Part shown: positions 28,904 to 32,000 of the stretch, in pieces
Layout: every line of letters starts with the position of its first letter
Numbering within the stretch: position 1 is the first letter of the stretch
Assembly (NCBI RefSeq): GCF_000757865.1
Contig: NZ_CP007754.1
Span: forward strand, 630,001 to 662,000
Length of the DNA stretch: 32,000 nt
Source: Prochlorococcus sp. MIT 0801
Lineage (GTDB): Bacteria > Cyanobacteriota > Cyanobacteriia > PCC-6307 > Cyanobiaceae
Direction of reading: 5' to 3'
Notes under the pieces: model-generated
What the model saw: the letters and a program-made list of their open reading frames with translations, nothing else
Told to the model about the DNA's origin: nothing
The model's database searches: none
Made by a program: the position numbers and the translations under genes

Positions 28904-30307
28904 ATGAGCTCTAGTAAAATCAAAAAAATATGTTGTATTGGTGCGGGTTATGTTGGTGGCCCAACCATGTCAGTTATTGCAGATAAATGTCCGGATTTAG
29001 AAGTTAGGGTCGTTGATATTAATAAAGAACGAATTGATGCATGGAATGATTCAGATCTAAATAAATTACCAATATTTGAGCCTGGATTAGATCGGATAAT
29101 TTCAAGAACAAGAGGGCGAAACCTTTTCTTTAGTACAGAAATGGAAAAATCAATTTCTGATGCTGATATGGTTTTTATATCAGTTAATACTCCAACTAAA
29201 ACAAAAGGACTTGGAGCTGGACAAGCAAGTGATCTTAGTTGGGTTGAAGCTAGTGCAAGGCAAGTTGCTAAATATTCAAAAGGACACACAATAGTAATTG
29301 AAAAAAGCACTCTTCCAGTTCGTACTGCACAAGTAATAAAAGAGATACTTAAGACAACAAATAGAGAAAATGAAACAAATGAAATTTCAAAAACTTTTTC
29401 TGTTTTATCGAACCCTGAATTCTTGGCTGAAGGTACCGCAATTAATGATTTAGAAAAACCTGACAGAGTTTTAATTGGTGGGGAGGATGCTGATGATGTA
29501 GATGCACTGGTTAAGATTTATTTGAATTGGGTCCCTAGTGAACAGATAATCTGTACTAATTTGTGGAGTAGCGAGCTTTCAAAATTAGCTGCTAATGCAT
29601 TTCTGGCTCAGAGAATTAGTTCAATAAATTCAATTTCAGCCTTTTGTGAAGCGACTGGAGCTGATGTTCAGGAAGTTGCTAAAGCAATAGGAACAGATAA
29701 AAGGATAGGTAATCAATTTCTTAATGCAGGTCCGGGCTTTGGTGGGAGTTGCTTTAAAAAGGATATTTTGAATTTAGTTTATTTAAGTGGATATTTTGGT
29801 TTACCAGAGGTTGCTAATTATTGGAATCAAGTAGTAGTTCTAAATACTTGGCAGCAAGATAGAATTTATAAAATTGTCCTTGAAAAGCTTTTTGGTACGG
29901 TTAATGGGAAAAATATAGCAATACTCGGTTTTTCTTTTAAGGCAAACACCAACGACACTCGAGAATCTCCTGCAATAAGAATTTCAAGTGACTTACTCGA
30001 AGAAGGAGCAATTTTATCAATTTATGACCCTAAGGTTTCATTTGAGAGAATAGAGGAAGATTTTGAAAAAATTTCATTTGATAATCAAGGTATTTGGAAA
30101 GTGGCCCATTCCATTCCAGAAGCATTGAAAAATGTTGATGCAGTTTTAATTCTTACTGCATGGGATGAATTCTATGGACTTGATTGGAATTATTTAGCTT
30201 CTTTAATGAGATCACCAGCTTGGGTTTTTGATACAAGATCTGTTGTTAATCGACAAGAAATTGATAATACAGGTCTAAATCTGTGGAGACTGGGTGAGGG
30301 GAACTAA
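28904..30307 (+). CDS. ugd: UDP-glucose 6-dehydrogenase, long eukaryote-type form
   Basis: The blocks are the Rossmann CCIGAGYVGGPT, NPEFLAEGTAI, SSELSKLAANAFLAQRISSINS and the catalytic Cys in GFGGSCFKKD. The 467-aa length and long colinear blocks match my recollection of animal UGDH. Confidence 0.92.
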   Translation: MSSSKIKKICCIGAGYVGGPTMSVIADKCPDLEVRVVDINKERIDAWNDSDLNKLPIFEPGLDRIISRTRGRNLFFSTEMEKSISDADMVFISVNTPTKTKGLGAGQASDLSWVEASARQVAKYSKGHTIVIEKSTLPVRTAQVIKEILKTTNRENETNEISKTFSVLSNPEFLAEGTAINDLEKPDRVLIGGEDADDVDALVKIYLNWVPSEQIICTNLWSSELSKLAANAFLAQRISSINSISAFCEATGADVQEVAKAIGTDKRIGNQFLNAGPGFGGSCFKKDILNLVYLSGYFGLPEVANYWNQVVVLNTWQQDRIYKIVLEKLFGTVNGKNIAILGFSFKANTNDTRESPAIRISSDLLEEGAILSIYDPKVSFERIEEDFEKISFDNQGIWKVAHSIPEALKNVDAVLILTAWDEFYGLDWNYLASLMRSPAWVFDTRSVVNRQEIDNTGLNLWRLGEGN

Positions 30308-30401
30308 AATATCTTCATAAAAAAATAATACGCCTATAATTGGTGCTTAAATAAATCAAATTGATTTAAAGTGTTTTATTAATTTAATTTTAGAAAAAAT
30401 A

Positions 30402-30656
30402 ATGCTCTTTAAATTTCTTTTCAAAAAGAAGAAGAAGAAAAAACTTCAAGAACAATCAGAACAAAAATTTGATATGAATAATTGGATGAACTTATCAAAG
30501 GAAGAGAGACTTGAAATAGATTTTAATGAAAAGAATATAATAATGAGAAAGAAAAAGGCACTGTTAAAATCAATCAGAGAAGAATATTTAAAAATAAAAA
30601 ATAAAGAACAAAAAATATCTAAGAGTCAAAAAAATTCTAAAAAAGTTATTTATTAG
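30402..30656 (+). CDS. Hypothetical Lys-rich 84-aa protein (possibly 60 aa from the ATG at 30474)
   Basis: The ORF lies in a very AT-rich region. It has a K7 run encoded by a 21-nt all-purine tract (30423-30443). The downstream part, SKEERLEIDFNEKNIIMRKKKALLKSIREEYLKIK, looks helical. It could be a compositional artefact. Confidence 0.35.
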   Translation: MLFKFLFKKKKKKKLQEQSEQKFDMNNWMNLSKEERLEIDFNEKNIIMRKKKALLKSIREEYLKIKNKEQKISKSQKNSKKVIY

Positions 30657-30683
30657 AAAAGTTTCAATGAATTATTTGATTTT

Positions 30684-31022
30684 ATGATTTGGCCTCCAGT
30701 AAAAGCTTGGACTAGTAAGATTAATCTTAATGGCCAACTTCATTTCGTAGCAATTAATTATGGTGGCGAATTGCTAAAAAGATGGGTCCTTTTGATGTCT
30801 GTACTTGACTCGACTGTGGTTGTAAAAGTTCCGTGGTCGCAGTTAGTTGATTTATCTAAGTGGGAAGCTGGATGGGATGAAATAAATCATAGAGTTTCTT
30901 CTAAATTAGTAAATAATAAAAGTGATATAAAAACTACTAACTTTTCTCTACCATCTATTGATTCTGGTTTAACAATACCTATAAGTAAAAAGACTATTAG
31001 GCCTTGGTTTGAAAAGAGTTAA
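30684..31022 (+). CDS. Hypothetical 112-aa protein
   Basis: It is an ATG ORF with non-trivial composition and several Trp (PWSQLVDLSKWEAGWDEI). It is vaguely reminiscent of small picocyanobacteria-specific families, which I cannot verify. Confidence 0.5.
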   Translation: MIWPPVKAWTSKINLNGQLHFVAINYGGELLKRWVLLMSVLDSTVVVKVPWSQLVDLSKWEAGWDEINHRVSSKLVNNKSDIKTTNFSLPSIDSGLTIPISKKTIRPWFEKS

Positions 31023-31153
31023 AGTAATATTTTATATACGACTCGAATGCAATCTAAGTATATTTTTATTATTACTTGCTTTCCCAGCTTAAATCTTTGG
31101 GCTTTTTTTGGCGGACTTTTTACGCTAAAAAAAAGATACTTGTTTGTTCAAGA

Positions 31154-31396
31154 ATGATAGAAGCATCAATGTGGTTATCAGAAAAAGAAGCTAGTGAGGT
31201 TTTGAGAGTAAATGAACAATCTTTAGAGTTGATGAGAGAAAGGGGATATTTAAAGCCAGGAATTCACTGGAGAAGTTCAAATGATCCTAAACAATTGCCA
31301 TGGAAGCCAAAAGTCTTTTATTCTTTAAGGGGATGTAAGGAAGTTATTGAATATTGGCAGAACAATGATGATTCTTGTGCGCAAAGAGCAGCCTAA
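31154..31396 (+). CDS. Small winged helix-turn-helix protein, excisionase/MerR-superfamily (HTH_17-like)
   Basis: WLSEKEASEVLRVNEQSLELMRERGYLKPGIHWR...VFYSLRGCKEVIEYW follows the excisionase-family pattern: helix, turn, recognition helix, wing, then a C-terminal E-x-W. The ORF track starts at a TTG at 31076. The ATGs at 31154 or 31169 are more plausible. Confidence 0.6.
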   Translation: MIEASMWLSEKEASEVLRVNEQSLELMRERGYLKPGIHWRSSNDPKQLPWKPKVFYSLRGCKEVIEYWQNNDDSCAQRAA

Positions 31397-31443
31397 AGAA
31401 AAACAAAGAATTTTTGTAGATTTGATATTTAAGAATTGCCCTT

Positions 31444-31608
31444 TTAAGCTACTAAATTCTCACCTTTACAATCATTGATCGAAGTCTCCAAAATTGGATA
31501 AAGAGAAATCATTTTTCCGTATTCAGGCGATGTTCTATAAACATTCGCTTTTTTTCGATAGTGATCTTCTGTCTCCATCTCTAGACGATTAAGTCGATTG
31601 AAGTTCAT
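31444..31608 (-). CDS. Possible 54-aa small ORF (not in the supplied track)
   Basis: The reverse strand reads ATG...TAA, giving MNFNRLNRLEMETEDHYRKKANVYRTSPEYGKMISLYPILETSINDCKGENLVA. Its composition is less AT-skewed than the flanks. There is no recognisable family and no clear ribosome-binding site. Confidence 0.25.
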   Translation of the reverse strand: MNFNRLNRLEMETEDHYRKKANVYRTSPEYGKMISLYPILETSINDCKGENLVA

Positions 31609-31981
31609 GATTCATTATCCAAAAGGATTTATTTACTTATTAGTTGTAAATAAAGAGACCAAATTAATCTTTTATATTAATTACATATTTGCATGTATTT
31701 ATATGGATTCTGGGACTTGATTGGTCTCGAATGCCTGATATAAAATTATTTTATGTATCAATTAATTCTTTAATTAATAAGTCTTGGTTCTGCAATTCGC
31801 TTGATTATTTTATTATGAGTCCTTGGCTGTCTGTTTTGTATTGTTTAAAACCTGCTTTTTTTGATATTTTTTTATTTCATCGGATTTAAATAATAAAAAA
31901 AATTTACAGATTCTTTCTGTTGCATGAGTATTCGATGAAATTGAAGTATTCTCTGTTCGGTTTTGAAAAATAGAACTTCTA

Positions 31982-32000
31982 ATGCAGACCTATGGAAATT
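31982..32000 (+). CDS. pcb: Start of a Pcb/IsiA-family chlorophyll-binding antenna protein (only the first 6 codons are in the window)
   Basis: The ATG at 31982 opens MQTYGN, which is the characteristic N-terminus of Prochlorococcus Pcb and cyanobacterial IsiA (MQTYGNP...). Six residues is thin evidence. Confidence 0.4.

Noticed and set aside
28948-29310. 120-aa minus-strand ORF inside ugd, with similar antisense ORFs in acs (23448-25283), ubiD (17539-18033), aroA (15371-16453) and others
   Set aside because: All lie within genes that have unambiguous family motifs on the opposite strand, and none has a recognisable domain. They are treated as shadow ORFs.
30352-30368. 17-nt palindrome TAAATCAA-A-TTGATTTA downstream of ugd
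   Set aside because: A one-nucleotide centre cannot form a hairpin loop, and there is no T-tract terminator context. Its all-AT-rich arms are likely to arise by chance.
31723-31735. GGTCTCGAATGCC, resembling a tRNA T-arm or att-site fragment (GGTTCGAATCC)
   Set aside because: The flanking bases cannot form a T-stem, and there is no acceptor or anticodon arm nearby. It is not a tRNA or a convincing tRNA remnant.
31803-31821. Fur-box-like sequence GATTATTTTATTATGAGTC upstream of the pcb-like start
   Set aside because: Only about 10 of 19 positions match the GATAATGATAATCATTATC consensus, which is not above background in AT-rich DNA.
31689-31889. 66-aa plus-strand ORF (TTG start) upstream of the pcb-like gene
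   Set aside because: The F/I/L/Y/N-rich peptide is what AT-rich non-coding DNA yields by chance. It has a non-ATG start and no motif.

Overview
This is a low-GC, very tightly packed cyanobacterial chromosome segment, most likely Prochlorococcus. The basis is inference: AT-rich codon usage, picocyanobacterial core gene content, and a final ORF that begins MQTYGN as Pcb/IsiA antenna proteins do. About 30 kb of the window is ordinary core genome. In order it holds the trpS 5' end, an RG-rich small protein, a DUF697-like membrane protein, mntCAB plus a DUF4336 gene, DUF760, lepB, menD-menB, glgA and murF. A minus-strand array ubiD-aroA-mnmC-like-glmU follows, then a plus-strand array comB-nit-amiC-murI-sdsA. 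After that come a HAD hydrolase, acs, a DUF1350 alpha/beta hydrolase, a stand-alone DnaQ-like exonuclease, a 95-aa orphan, hisS and a eukaryote-type UDP-glucose dehydrogenase. Genes are separated by 0-50 nt, and several overlap at their start or stop codons. Four convergent gene pairs have 13 nt or less between stops, or overlap. I found no rRNA, tRNA, CRISPR array, transposase or integrase. I saw only one canonical intrinsic-terminator hairpin, between menB and glgA. The only accessory-looking stretch is about 30.3-32.0 kb. It is a visibly more AT-rich islet of small ORFs: a Lys-rich 84 aa ORF, a 112 aa ORF, an excisionase/MerR-like winged-HTH ORF, and an unlisted 54-aa minus-strand ORF. It lies between ugd and the start of a pcb-like gene. 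I did not find a convincing novel multi-gene system. The findings below are the best candidates for a second look, scored modestly. Many ORF-track starts are the longest possible TTG/GTG extensions, and I trimmed several to the first in-frame ATG where homology logic supports it.
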